Shown in pieces: positions 25,562 through 38,807 of a stretch of DNA of 64,000 bases. The notes under the pieces are model-generated. The model saw only the letters and a program-made list of their open reading frames with translations. It ran no database searches and was not told the DNA's origin. Both the position numbers and the translations under genes were made by a program. Origin of the DNA: Camelus dromedarius. Taxonomy: Eukaryota. Every line of letters begins with the position of its first letter. The stretch's first letter is position 1. The stretch spans positions 76,696,001 through 76,760,000 of the forward strand of contig NC_087436.1 in assembly GCF_036321535.1 (NCBI RefSeq), read 5' to 3'.

Positions 25562-28176
25562 ACTCAGTACAATTGGAAAATCAATATTATCAACAATAAT
25601 TAAAACTGCCAGCAATATGAAAGAAGTCAGTCTGATGAATTGTGTACAGTTAAACTCTTGTTTAAAAGGTTTTCTAAAATATCACAAATGATGCAACGGA
25701 GGATAGGAACAACATTTTCTGAAAGTGTCCCACACTGGTAAGAAAAAAAATTAAATGCTGAGAACTCTTCCCTTGTCTCTCCCCAGTAAGATGCCATCAT
25801 GTTTACCTTAAGCACTAAAACTAAGTGTCCCCTATGTACTTTGCACTTCATGAAAATTTTTTGTTTGTTTGTTTGTTTGTTTTTAAAGAGAATAAAGGAA
25901 AGGAAGAATGAAATGTTGTATGGACTAGCTTGTAATGTCAGAGAAAAGAGTGTTCAACAAAATGCATCTTACTCTTTAAAGTAACCACCCACTTGATTAC
26001 AAATTACTTTGCACATAAAGGAAATTAAATCTCCCATAAGAGTACCTATTAACAGTTACAGGAAGGCAAATGAAAAATCAGACTGTAAAAGGCCATGCAA
26101 TGTATTTACTTTTAGTGATTCTTTAGTAAAAAAGAATGCTTCTGTTTACGTACTAAAACAATTGGAAGAAATGGCACGATCACATTATGTGAGAAAACAA
26201 TCTCATTTATTTCATCTCATTCATACTAGCCTAATTTTTTGCTTTGTTTTATTCTCTAATAGAAAATAGTGTCGAATAGCATAATTTCCTGTGTATTAGT
26301 CATAACCCTCCTTTTTCCCACTTGGTGGCCAGATGCATGACCTGTTGGACCATTGTTAATATCTTTGCCCTGGAACGTTTCAGAGACAGATGTGTTGGCT
26401 GGTTTCCGGCTAAGTTTAGTATTTCCTGAAGGAGAAAATTAAATAAAATCATTTTGTCTCAAATGCATTTCCAACTTCGAGTGAACCTAGACATGGTAGA
26501 TTAATTCTTTTCATAGGCAAATGCATCCAGTGTCCTATTAATTCTGTCTCCATCTTTAGTAATTGTACTTTACAAATGTAATAATTTTCTCATGGGTCTA
26601 TACTTCCTTGCATATTTTTTGCTCATTTTGACATTGCTTAATAATGAGTACAAGATAGGCTAGAGCTTGGGAACCTACAGAGAAGAGTGAGTATGGAAAC
26701 CCTGGGGGAAAAAGGGCAACATTAAAGGCTTCTGTTAAGATGTCCTTTTGGTCGCGAGCAGGAGATATAGCACTCTTGAAATGCTACTTCCTTTTGAGCA
26801 AGTGATTAATGTTGTTGGGAGAAAGACATGATCACAACATATAGCTCAGCAACTCGATCTACTGTACCAGATTTATGAAGCCTGGGTCAATATAAATTGT
26901 CGGAGAGCTCACAACCTTGTAATTCACTAGGGAAAAATGATCGAAATGAAAACATGGCCTTGATGTTGTCTTTGCTCACTATTTTCATTGGCAGCTGTAT
27001 CATTGAGTAAAAAACTATCTTGGCATTTAATGAGCAGGTAAAATATGAAGGATAGCTCTCGCTGAATCCTGTCTTCAATCTTCCTTGATGGTGAAGGCAT
27101 TAGAGACAAAGGTGAGTTTTAAAGGGGCAGAGTTGACTTAACCAATTTCCCTGGTTGAATTAATGTATTTATTTTTGTGTTTTTACATTTCAAATAAAGA
27201 ATTCTTTTAAAATAGGCACATGTTGGGAAGATATTTTGCATATGAAAACCATGCCTTTCAAAAGTATATACATTGACAACGCAAAATAATACAAAAAGTT
27301 CTCTGACTTTGAAGTTTATTTTAAAGTCAAATGGAAACCATCATGTTCACTATTACCTCCATATAATATATACCCACCTAGATGATTTTTAAAGGACCTT
27401 CCCGGCCATTAGACTAAAATAACAAAATAACTCATAAGCATGGCATCAAGCTCTTGTTATCACCTCATTGTCATCTAAAGGGCGCCTTCCTTTTATTACA
27501 TCTATTTCTTATATTATCCTCTTCAAAAAAGCTTTCGCTTTAGCAAAATTGTTCTCATCAGTAAAAGCCTTGTCTGAATTAACATGTTTCTTCAAATGTG
27601 GTGTTCATTCTTGGTAGTTGCTCTATGGAACTAACTCAGAAAAGGCAGACATTTATTTGTTTTTCTAAGAGGCACGTACTGGATTGTGAATGAGATGAAC
27701 AGTAATTTCAATTGCAGTTATTGAGGGGAAAGGACTAAATGAATACGAGTCTTAAATACAATATCCAAGTGAAAAACAAACTGGAAATTTGGTAGATGCT
27801 TGTGGTCATATCAACTTGGATTGATTTACAACATGACACATGATTTTTAATGTGCTGCTCTGTTTACCAAATGGACTTTTGAGCTCTGGTTTAAATTTTA
27901 ATAAGACTATGTCTGTACAACCTAAAAGTAAAGTAATACAAAATCGGTATTTCTAATTGTTTGATCTGTTTGATGAAGGAGCTAGACGTATGGAAACAAA
28001 TAACAGGGTGAATTTATTTTTCACTTTCCATCTGAATTCAGTAGCAAGAATAAATATGCCATACTTTGAGCAGCACCAAAAGGATCCCTGTTTAATTGTA
28101 CTTCCAACACAGGTATCTCTGGAATTCACGCAGTCAATCACTTTTTAAGAGGAAAGTAGCAACAGTTCTTATTAAG
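25562..28176 (+). ncRNA. Candidate non-coding exons 25562-25737, 26995-27111 and 28113-28176
   Basis: Each has a pyrimidine tract ending CAG and a GTAAGA or GTGAGT donor; the first two have stops in all three frames. Confidence 0.3.
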
Positions 28177-30079
28177 GTAAGAAAGTAATTCACTGAGCTA
28201 CTAATACCTCATGACAAGTTAGTTTATGAGATTAACTAAATAGTAATCTGATAGTAATAATATTACTAACTCCTATGATAGTTAAGGACTTGAGGCATAG
28301 AAGATCTGGGTTACAAGTCAGCAAAATGGAGTGACTTCCTCCCACATACACACTCACAAAAATAAATGTAATGCCTCACAGGCTTGCCAAGGGTCAGTGA
28401 TATATAGACTGAGATGGGAAAAAAGTGTTTATGCATGTATAAATGTATATATGTATACAAATACAGGGACATGGATAAATGTATGAATGCACACATGCAT
28501 ATTACAGGTTTATATAAATGTATGTGAATACAGCTGAGACACTGGTGATGAGATGAACTAAAAGAACAAGAGTGTTCTAAAATCTAAGGCATAAGTATAT
28601 CAAATTCGTAGGACTCAGGTTCTAAGTACATCTGCAAAAATGACATTTAATTCAATTTAAACAGGTAAATATCTCATCTATAACATTTTTCTTCAAATTT
28701 TGCCATTCTTTTCGGTCACTTTATCATTAATTATTATTTATTGAGTAAATGCACGATTATTTATTAAACGACTGAATTAATTATTATTTATTGAGTGCTT
28801 ACAATATGCCAGGGACGGCTGGCCGAGCATAAAGGGACACTGTCCTGCCCTTGAAGAATTCATCAGATAGAGAGAAAAGACAAATGCACAGGGCCTCAGC
28901 CTTTAAATGAGGTTATTGGTGCTTATGTTACACCAAGAGGATGCTCGTGTGTGAATATGTGTGTGCATGTGTGTGTTCAGCCAAACAGTATGCGACTGAC
29001 TTGACTATTTCACTTGGACATTCACAGGAGTTTGGCCCTCAGAAAGTTGAGATTAAAGTCATGTATTATGTTGGAAATCAATATTATTGTCCTTGTATAA
29101 TTAGGAAAGTGTTCCTGATGGTGTTCATTTTTTTTAAATCATGAAGTATGAATGCTTTTAAACACACAACAACAACAAAACAATATAACAGACACCTACA
29201 TGGATACCAATAAGAATAAACATATTAGCATGTTTTATTATTATATTAGCTAACACCTATAGTGCTTACTATGTGTCAAGCACAAGGCTTGACATATTTG
29301 CCTCACAGAACTTCCCATTCCTTTATATTTCACGGGCCATCATAGGTAACCAAGTTGATTTGTATCTTTCCCATGAATTTTTTGTATTTTTACTCTCTAT
29401 ATATTTATTTACAACATAAAATATACTATTGTTTTGTTTTTTAAACTGACATAAATTTTATCATATGGTAGATAACCTGTGGCTGGTTGCTTTTTTCACT
29501 CACTGTCATATTCCTGTGATTCATTTATATTGATACATTTATTTTGACTGTATGAATGATCTGCAGCTTATTCACTAAGTGGTCCACAAAAAGTCATTAG
29601 ATGACTTCCACTCCTTCATAGGTAATGATCCTCAATAAACAATCACATCCAAGGCTCCATCCCACCATCTGCTTCTGAGAAACCAGCATGTGAATCTCAG
29701 GCAGTCACTCTCAGGCACTAGGAACAGTTCTGTGACTAAACAGTTTCTGATTCCCGAAAAGGAGATCCAGAGTTTCATCAGGCTTATCAAGGTACCCAGT
29801 CTCATCTGTCTCTGTCTCAGTGACTCCCTCTTTCCCGCTATGGCAGGAGCCCCTATTTTCCCCACCACACAAAAGGAAAGGGAAAGACCCACATCCTCTC
29901 ACGACAAGCCTTCCGTCTGCATTTGGGATCTTGTTCTGCTCTTCAGCGGTTTTAGTCTGGAATGGCAAGTCTCCCCTCTCTGGTAGCTTTTCCCCTCACC
30001 TTGGTCTAGAAATAAATTTAAGTTACCTTGTTTTAGAAAGAAACAGTGACAAAAGTATAATAGCTTCTATAATTCTGAG

Positions 30080-32040
30080 CCTACAGAGACCTATTTCTGA
30101 CCTTTCCAGCCAACCTCTCTATAGTAACTTCTTATCCCACTGGAATCTGGCTTCTACCACCCCTAGTTTGCTGAAATTATTTTTACCAAGGACCCTATTA
30201 ACCACTTTATTACTAAATCCAGTGGACATTTTTCAGTTCTTGCCTTTCTTGACCTTCTGCAGGGCTTGACAAAGTTAATCAGTTCCTTTGAATTTTATTA
30301 ATGTAAGCATTTCAAATACACAGGTGTTTCAAATATGAAAGCACATGTAACAACATAACATTCATTATTCGCTATTCAGATTAAACAAATCCGACATTTG
30401 AGTTTTCTTGATTTCTATCTTACTGAAAAAATAAATAAAATATAAAATATAAACTATCACTAAAAATCCCCTTAATGTCCCCCAATCTTCCTCTGCAGGA
30501 GTAGTGTATAAACTAAAGTCAATGTGTGTCATACTCAGCCCTTCCTTTTCAGAATGCTGTCACTCTTTCTTCATTCTCCGCACACAGCTTGACTATTAGT
30601 TCTTAGAGTCATTTTTGGGCTCCACTTCCATCAATGTCTTCCTATTGCAGGAATTCCCTACAAAGGGTTCCCTAGAAGAGCTTGTGTCTTTGGCCCTCTT
30701 CTTCAGTCACCATTCTTTCTTTGAGTTATTTTTATCCATTCCTATGGCTTCAACCAATATCTCTCCAGAAACATAAAACCATCTGAAAGTCTACTGAAAA
30801 TTTCCATTTACATATTTCACAGAGGTAAACTCGGGGACCAGAACTGAGCTCGTAGTTCCCCTCTATTTAGAGCAAAGTTAACTATTTTAATAAATAAGCT
30901 CATATTTCTCCTATAGTAGTGCAGTAGTTTTAAAATATGCCCACAAATTCTTTGACACCTTTCCTTCTAAAGGTGGAGCCCAACACCCTGGCATTGACTG
31001 AGCTGGACAAAGTGACTCCCTTCTAGCAAATGGGCTGTGGAGGAAGTGGGAGTGCACGACTTCCAAGACTGGGTCGTAAAAACCATCCTCTCTCTCTCTG
31101 TCTCTCTCTCATCACTTGATCTGGCACATAAAACCTTCTATGCCATGGAGGGATTCAAGGAGCTCTATCAAGGGGTTCACATGTCAAAGAACTGAGGTCT
31201 TCTGCCTACAATGTGACTTATCTTAGAAATGACTCTTAGCCCAGGTCAAAGCTTCCTACATTAATGAATGACGTCACCAGTCCCTTGCAAACCACATTTT
31301 CCAGAGTCAGAGACCTATGAAATGTTTTGATTCCCTGACTACCTTCAACTTATACAGGTAGTCAATCACCAAATCTTGTTGATTCTAGCTCTGTAGTATT
31401 TTTTCCTGTACATTTTACTTTCTCTCCCTACTGCCATTATAGACTAAGATCATGGCAACAATCTCCCAACTGACACCCCCACAAATTTTACACCTTCCAA
31501 CCCATTCTCCCTCTTGTATTTTATTACATTTCCAATGTGCTCATCTAATTATTTCTCTCTTTTGCTTAAAAATAAACAAATAAAAAGCAAAATAACCTGG
31601 ATTAGTATGCAATAAGTATGTTATAAGCACTTTAAAATAGAAAATGAAAGAAAGGTTAGACACCACTCTGGAGTCTTTGCTTAACTTCCTAAGCCCACCT
31701 CATGACATTCTCCTTACTTTGGATTTTAGATTTCATCCACTTTGAACTTCTATAATTTCCCCCCAAATGGACTGCTCTCTTTTGCCTTGTTAACATTATA
31801 CATTCCTCTCTGTCTGCTCTTCTTTCCTCTGCACTCTTGACCCATCACATCTCACTTCAAGCACCACCTTCCTCAAGAAGCCTTTTCTCAGCACCTAGTT
31901 AGTCTCTGTCCATTCTCTCACAACACCCTGCACACACACCTCTATCACATTCTTTTCTTGGCCACCAGATCCTTGGGGAATGTGAATCTCTACTATTCCT
32001 GGGAACAAGTAGGTTTTCCCCCAAAAGATACTTCCAAGTG
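30080..32040 (+). mobile_element. Fragmented L2, interrupted by other elements
   Basis: CTAAATCCAGTGGACATTTTCAGTTCT, CATTCCTATGGCTTCAACCA, CAATCACCAAATCTTGTTGATTCTA, CACCTTCCTCAAGAAGCCTTTTCT. Confidence 0.65.
30918..31255 (+). mobile_element. MLT1E/F-like MaLR LTR fragment
   Basis: AAAATATGCCCACAAATTCTTTGACACCT...GAAGTGGGAGTGCACGACTTCCAAGACTGGGTCGTAAA. Confidence 0.7.
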
Positions 32041-32084
32041 ACTAAATATATATACGGATGGAGTGAGATTATGAAGCCCTTGAC

Positions 32085-32297
32085 CTGTTTTGTCCAACAC
32101 AGTAGACATTAGTCATAGCATGTAGATAACTGCTTACAAGTTAAAATAAAATAAATAAATTTGAAAATTCAGTTTCTCAGTCTTTCTAGTTTTATTTCAA
32201 GTGCTCAATAGCCACATGTTGCTAGTGGCTACCATATTGTCAGTGCAGATTTACAGAAGTTTTCCTTTATCTCAGAGAGATCTATTGAATAGTATTG
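32085..32297. mobile_element. MER3-like hAT-Charlie element
   Basis: ATTTCAAGTGCTCAATAGCCACATGTTGCTAGTGGCTACCATATTG. Confidence 0.8.
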
Positions 32298-33016
32298 GTA
32301 AGATTAAATTGATTGGAACACTAGTAGCAAAGAAGCGAAAGGAAAAATTAGTACTAGTAAGAACTAGGAAAATAAAGAGAGGAAGAAATTGACTATGATT
32401 TCTAGACGGCATGATTGATTGATGAACTGATGGACATAGGAACTGCCAAGCTACGTGGGGTCAAGAAGAGTGATTATTTGTTGTTGTTATTGTTGCTGTT
32501 TAGTGTGAGATGACAGTGGTACATCCTAGTGACTATCTCCTAAGTCACTGCCCACATTTAATATCAAAAACTCTGTTCCATACCTTACCTTATATCAGGA
32601 GATATTTCTTCATAAATTTCCCTGTTTCTGCAACTGTTTAGAGAACTACTCCAAATAATGTTGGATTCTTATTTACTTCATGCTATCCTATATTTAGAAT
32701 AAATGAATTTTGTGAAAATCAACTGTTTCCATTGATTTGTTTTTCCCATTCAAAAGTAGTTTTTGTGTGTGGATTAAATTTGCCATTAAGAAAAAACTCA
32801 TAATGATAACAGTACAGAGAGATGTATAAAAAGTTACTAAGCATCTCATTTTTTTAATTGCCTATAAATACATCAAAGGAAACATAAAGCAAACCTAATT
32901 GAGTCTAGAGAGTGCACATGTTAAGGATTTTATGCCAGATTTCAAAATTGCCTTCCTGAAGAGTTATTTATCCTCAATTGTAGTAGACCTGTATATGATA
33001 CTGAAAAACGGTGCAG

Positions 33017-33252
33017 ATGTGTGTGTGTGTATATGCATTTTATATATGTATAAATATATATACATTATACATAAATATATGCATTATATATATAAATATA
33101 TATTTTATATATAAATATACATACATTATATATATTTAAATATATACACATTATATATATAATATAAAACCCTAACAAGTTAATATATAATTTATATATA
33201 TATATAAAAAATATATGTGTGTGTGTGTGTGTGTGTATATATACTATATATC
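33017..33252. repeat. Compound (TG)n/(TA)n low-complexity tract
   Basis: Read directly from sequence. Confidence 0.95.
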
Positions 33253-34394
33253 TATGGTGCCAACTGGTAACTGAGTCAACATCTTCTAGCAGTGTTCTTT
33301 AGTCTCACAACAGGAAAACTGAAAGCTATAATTTAGAATTAGGAAGTTGTATGGTGTGTGTGGCCAACTAACTACAGACAAAGAATCTGAGAATGTTGAG
33401 CCTTTCAAAATTATCAGAAAAAGACATCTCAGTTGGCATGAGAAAAAATAGAATCCACCTGGGTTTCAATAAATTGGACTTATCTGAAATTGAAACTAAC
33501 AGAAATTTTCAAATGCCTATGAGAATTTGAGTAGTTTTTAATTTAGTTCCATTCTCGAGGCATATGATATGAATTTAAACTGTTACTTGAAATAAATTTA
33601 TTTCAAGAAGATATCATCACAGGCCTAATTCTTAAATTCATTCTCTGTATTAGTGTGGGAGGCAGGATAATGCTCCCCTTATCCAAAGATGTCTGGGATC
33701 CATGAATATGGTACCTCACAGGTCATAAGGATCTTCATGAAAGGTGAGGGTTGTGTTTCTGTCTTTTTCACTGCTATGAATAAGTGGCCAACAAAGTGCC
33801 TGTTATGTAGCCAGTAATCAATAAATATCTATATGTTTAACTAACTAATTAAGACCCACACATTGTTCCCATATACTTTGGCTTGACTCAGGAGGAGAAA
33901 TTGTCTCACTAGATTTTAGGAGACAAATAGAATACACTGATTAAATTCTGACTTCTAACTAGTTTAAACAATGCAAACAAACCCTTGGAAGACGAGTAAT
34001 TTCTTATGTAATTAGCTAAATGTAACTGTATGGATGGGGAGGTTGGACCCTACCAATGTAATGCTTGACCTCATTTTATTTGATTAGGCAAATTATGGAA
34101 CAACAGCATGAAATGCATTACTGTATTAATGTAGCCTCCAAAATGTGCATCTCATTGTAACTGTGGCCTGAGGCCTCTTAATGTTGAACCTGAATGAACA
34201 AGTTAAGTAGTTCAAAAGAATGGTCACACATACACACAGCTGTGTTAATTATACTCTTTTGCAGAGGAAAGCTTAACCCTTGTGCTACAATCAGAAAAAG
34301 AGAAGGAAATGGAACATTGATCAATTTGGAAAAACGATACAGGTAGATAAACCACTTGCCTGTTGCAGCAATTCCAAAAATGCTTAATTGTGTG

Positions 34395-34534
34395 ACTTGG
34401 GAGATGGATGGTGGTAAGGATAGTGCAATACTATGAATGTATTAAAAACCAGTGAATTACACACTTTAAATGCTGACGATGGTAAATTTTATCTTGCATG
34501 TATTTTACCACAATAAAAAATTGAAAAAAAAAAA
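34395..34534 (+). mobile_element. L1MB-type 3' terminus
   Basis: GGAGATGGATGGTGGT...GGTAAATTTTATCTTGCATGTATTTTACCACAATAAAAAA. Confidence 0.8.
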
Positions 34535-35159
34535 TCTGTGAAGCAAAGTACCTGTTATCAGTCCCATGGGAGGGCTCAATAAACACTTCTGCCCATTGCA
34601 TTTTGGTACTGGAGATGCCAAGGAAAATACAGTGCAGTCAAGTACTGGAGGGAGCAACACTTTACTTACACAGAGGAGAGAGAGGGCAAGGTCAGCTTCA
34701 GTAGGGGTGCCAGTCCCCCATGACCGGGGGTCTCTCCCAAGGCACCCTCCTTGGAAGAAGGCAATACGGAAACCCAGGAGACTCACTGGCAGATTGTCCT
34801 CAAGTTCATAAGCAGTCTGCCTTCTTCTTCCACCATCCAGAGACTTCCTGTGTTTGCTGCTGTTGTGTTATGTCCGGGGATTTTTGGTTGTAATAGAGAG
34901 GACGTGGGAGAAATGGACTACTCAGTCTTGGAACTAGAAGTCTGAATAATCATTTTTTAACTCACTAACAAATACTCATTGAGAGCTTATTATGTGCCAG
35001 ACAGTCTGCTATTTTATGTTCTCTGTTGTTTTATGCTCTACTTATGTTGCTAAGTGATTAGGACTGAAGGAGGAAGGAAGGATGGAAGGAAGGGAGGGAG
35101 GGAGGGAGAGAGGAAACACTACTCATCATTCCAGTCTCAGCAAAAACTTCACTGCTTTT

Positions 35160-35390
35160 CCTAAAGACTCAGACTAGGTGAGCCCCTGCCCATTACAAGT
35201 TCTTACAGCACTTTGTATTTCTCCTTTATGTGACTCATGATCTTGCATCCTCTTGTTTAGTGTCTGTCTCCTTTTGCCAATAAGATTGCTGAGACCAGTG
35301 TGTTCTCTCTGCTGTGTCTCATTGCCCAGTTCAGAGACGGGCACAAGGTAGGCACCTGCCAATTGTCATTAATTAAGCCAATGAATGTGT
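35160..35390 (+). mobile_element. L2 3' fragment
   Basis: TAAGATTGCTGAGACCAG...GGGCACAAGGTAGGCACCTGCCAA...AATGAATG. Confidence 0.55.
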
Positions 35391-38300
35391 GAATTCCAGG
35401 CAATTTCCTCTCTCTCTCAATGGCTTTGTCCTTATTGTTGTTTTTCATCCCTTGTACAGTTGCTGCCTGGTTTCTGACTTTTTGGTTGGTTTTTAGCAAC
35501 TTTCTCTTGGCATGGTTGGCACTCATCTGGCGTGGGATCAGGGCATGCGCTGGCAGGTGGAGGAGAGTTTTTACACTTCTGGTTACAAAGCGCAGCTAAC
35601 CTCCTCTCCCCTCAGGGCTCCACCCCAGACGCATCATTTGTGCCATTCTCTGGGGGTATCAGAAAATCATTCTGTTGAAGGTTTGCCATACCTGGCTTCA
35701 ACCTACAGAGCACTGTTCTTTACCTGCTTTGTGTAGATCAGTTGGTAAAATGGAGTGGAAATACTGATGTGTTAATAGAATAAACACCTAGAACATTTCC
35801 TTATCACAAAGCAAAAGAGCAAAATATAAATCTAGTTGTTCAGTTTTCCACTATGAAGTGTTGCTTGACCATATAGTCCTTGGAAATTAAAACTAAGATT
35901 CTGAATTAATTACCCTTTCACTGTCTTGGGTTTTCTCTCCTTTCTTGTTCAACATTAACTGCCTCTGAAATTATGTTAAAGCAATGATCTCTATCATAAT
36001 GTCCTTCAGCTGGCCCTGAAAACAATTTCCTCCAGAAACCTCATTCTTTTTTTCACTCAGGAAGCATCTTCACCTTCTTAACTGCATCATTTTTATGTCG
36101 TTTTGTTTTGTTTTGTTTTGTTTACACTTCAAGGATATTACATTTTTATGTGGCTTAACTTACCCGTGACTTAGACTAAAGTAATGTTTTGCAACAAATA
36201 GAATGATTTAAAATTATTTTCCTCCCTGAGGAAGGCTGTTAATGTCCACGGGAAATTGTGCGGCAGCAAAATGAGATACCCTCGGTGGTACAGAGTTTAT
36301 CTAGGGTTGCCCATATAAAACAGGCCTCATTTAGCATTAAATCTCATTTTATGTGATCAGGGTTTATTTTCCAATGGGCCACTCAGGATTCACGCTGTAA
36401 GACTTTTTTTTTTTTTTTTTACTGAGTATCCTGAGAAGGCCGTCTCTTCTGCCTTCCCTCCATGCCCTTACACCTCAATTTCACACTAAATTTGCCTGGG
36501 TTTTGGCCAAATTGGTGCTGAATATAAAGTGTGCAGCCAGTACATATTTGTTAAATAGAAATAATGAATAATACATGTGGAAGTATTTTGGAAAATTATA
36601 AAATGATATATAAGTGCAAGTTATTAATGCTTTCAGGTGATTTGCCTGGTTAGCTTCAAAGATGCTGAGAAATCATTATTTTCAGATGTCGTATGGCTTC
36701 ACATGAATAATCAGGGATATCTTTAGGATCGTGAAGCACATGGAAGTTCATATTGTGAGTCGTTTTTAGCATCTTTCCCTAGAAAGGCTTATGTGTGTAT
36801 GTGCACATAGCTATATAGAGTAACAAAAAATATGAGTGACATGAATGCTATTCCTGTTGAATATATAGAATTTAATAATTTTTCCTAAAAACTCAAAGTC
36901 TATTGGCGCAGGGCATTAGGCAAAATATGATCCCTTTTATTTCTAACATTTTAGAGTTTATCAATTTTATTGACGTCTTGTTCAAGATTACTACTTGAAC
37001 AGTATTTGAAGTAGATGTTAGTTCTATTGACTTTGAAATCACTCTCCTTTCTTTACAAGTTTTTTATCCCGTGAAAAAACAATTAACAAGTGGGGAAAGA
37101 TTGCTGTTTAAGTTCTATGTACTATTACCTTGAATCCATTCATCAGTTTTGGAATGGTCAATACTCAGTATTTCTGCAAATTTTCAGAGAGTCTTATGTT
37201 TCATATTAATTTTAGGGATCATTTTGTTTTTCTTGAATTCAGTCAACTACCTTGCGTGACAGAGAACCTGAGTGAGCAGATGACTGAAGTTACGAGCTGG
37301 AAGGATTTACACTGCAGGAAGGCATGAAATTTAAAATGGAAAAGCAGGCATCTCCATTCTTAAAAACACAGACACTTCCTCTGCCGTTTTCTCAGCTTAT
37401 AACCTAACCTCCCATCTCTTTCCTTAGCCCTCCTCTCTCTTCTTTTCTCTCCATTTTATTCCCTCCAGTTTTGGTGGTGGGGGAGGGGGATGTGGAGAAT
37501 TTCTCCAAGATTTGTCTCATAAAAAGAAATTCAGTTTTGTTCAACCTCTGTTGCAGAACTCAGGTCTGAGATTTACTTCCTGTGGAGGAACTCAGCTGAA
37601 GCTTTGAATGTATGACTTGCAAGAGCCCCTCCTCACTGAGTTAAATTCTTAGACAAAGGCTGTCATGCTCTTTTGTTCACTACGAAGAGGAAGAGAGGAA
37701 AGGCAGTTTATCTTTCTAGTTACCCAAGCACATAAGCAACTAGAGTACAATTTATCTTAAATTTCCTGGTGTTTCCTTTAATAAGCTCATGATCAACTTG
37801 AAATATAGTTTCTCTATATTATTAATCACAGCTCCTTGAAAAATATATAGATGATTTTATGCTTAAACAGATTAAAGGACAGAGGATGTTTCATACTTCA
37901 CACCTGTCTCCCTGCTTCCATTTTGCCTCCTAAAGTTTACTCTCCATCAGGAAGCGAGAGTCTTTTTTTTTTTTCCCCAGTATAAAGCCGAACATATCAC
38001 TGTCTTGCTCAAACCCTCCAACACCTGGCTTTCTATTAGGAAGTTAGAGTATAATCTTACCTCCTTCCTTGGCCTTCGAAGCCCTGCTCCCCACCCTCTT
38101 CTATCACACATTCTCATCTCTGTCGCCTCTCTGCCTTTCTTCATTCACCTCCTTGTTCTCACCAAGCGCATCTCTGTCTCAGGACCTGGGAATGAGCTCT
38201 TCCCTCTGCCTGGAATCCCCATCCCTCAGAGAGACCTTGAGTAACCACCTTAACAATAAATCTTTCTACTCAGTTTTTAGCTCAAACTGCTTCCTTTTCT

Positions 38301-38659
38301 TCATAGCACATGTGATATGATAAATATATGTATGAATACACACACACACACATATGTATTTGACACTTTCTTGAGAGCATATCTCTAGAAGTCCCATTGC
38401 TTACTCTGTTTCTCTACTTGAATATAAAGCAGGGACCTTGTCCCTCTTTGCTACTGTTTCCCCAGGACCAAGAATGTGGCTTTTCAATAAATTATAACAT
38501 AATGTTCGAATGGAGCTCTTTTGGTCTCAGTTGCAGTAGAAGACTCAAAAGTTCAGAGTAATTTCATAGGGGTGACATCCTAGTGTGCATTATACTAGCC
38601 CTTCTGGGCTCGACACGCCGATGCTGTGAACCTGGCTGCATAATCGTAATGCAGGATGC

Positions 38660-38807
38660 ACTGGGGTTTGGTACTAGAACCCCAGTGAATACCAAAAACT
38701 GTGGATGCTCAAGTCCGTTATAGCACCCACAGCCCTCCACGTCTGCAGCTCACATCTACGGATTCAACAAATTGTGACAGAGCCCACAGATAAGAAGGGC
38801 TGACTGT
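38660..38807. mobile_element. MER2-like TcMar-Tigger remnant
   Basis: ATACCAAAAACTGTGGATGCTCAAGTCC, CGGATTCAACAAA, GAGCCCACAGATAAGAAGGGCTGACTG. Confidence 0.7.

Noticed and set aside
29820..30269. 149-aa plus-strand ORF
   Set aside because: Leu/Ser/Pro-rich translation running into an L2 remnant; no domain or splice support
35068..35113. Purine tract with (GGGA)4, possible G4 or H-DNA
   Set aside because: Ordinary low-complexity repeat with no functional context
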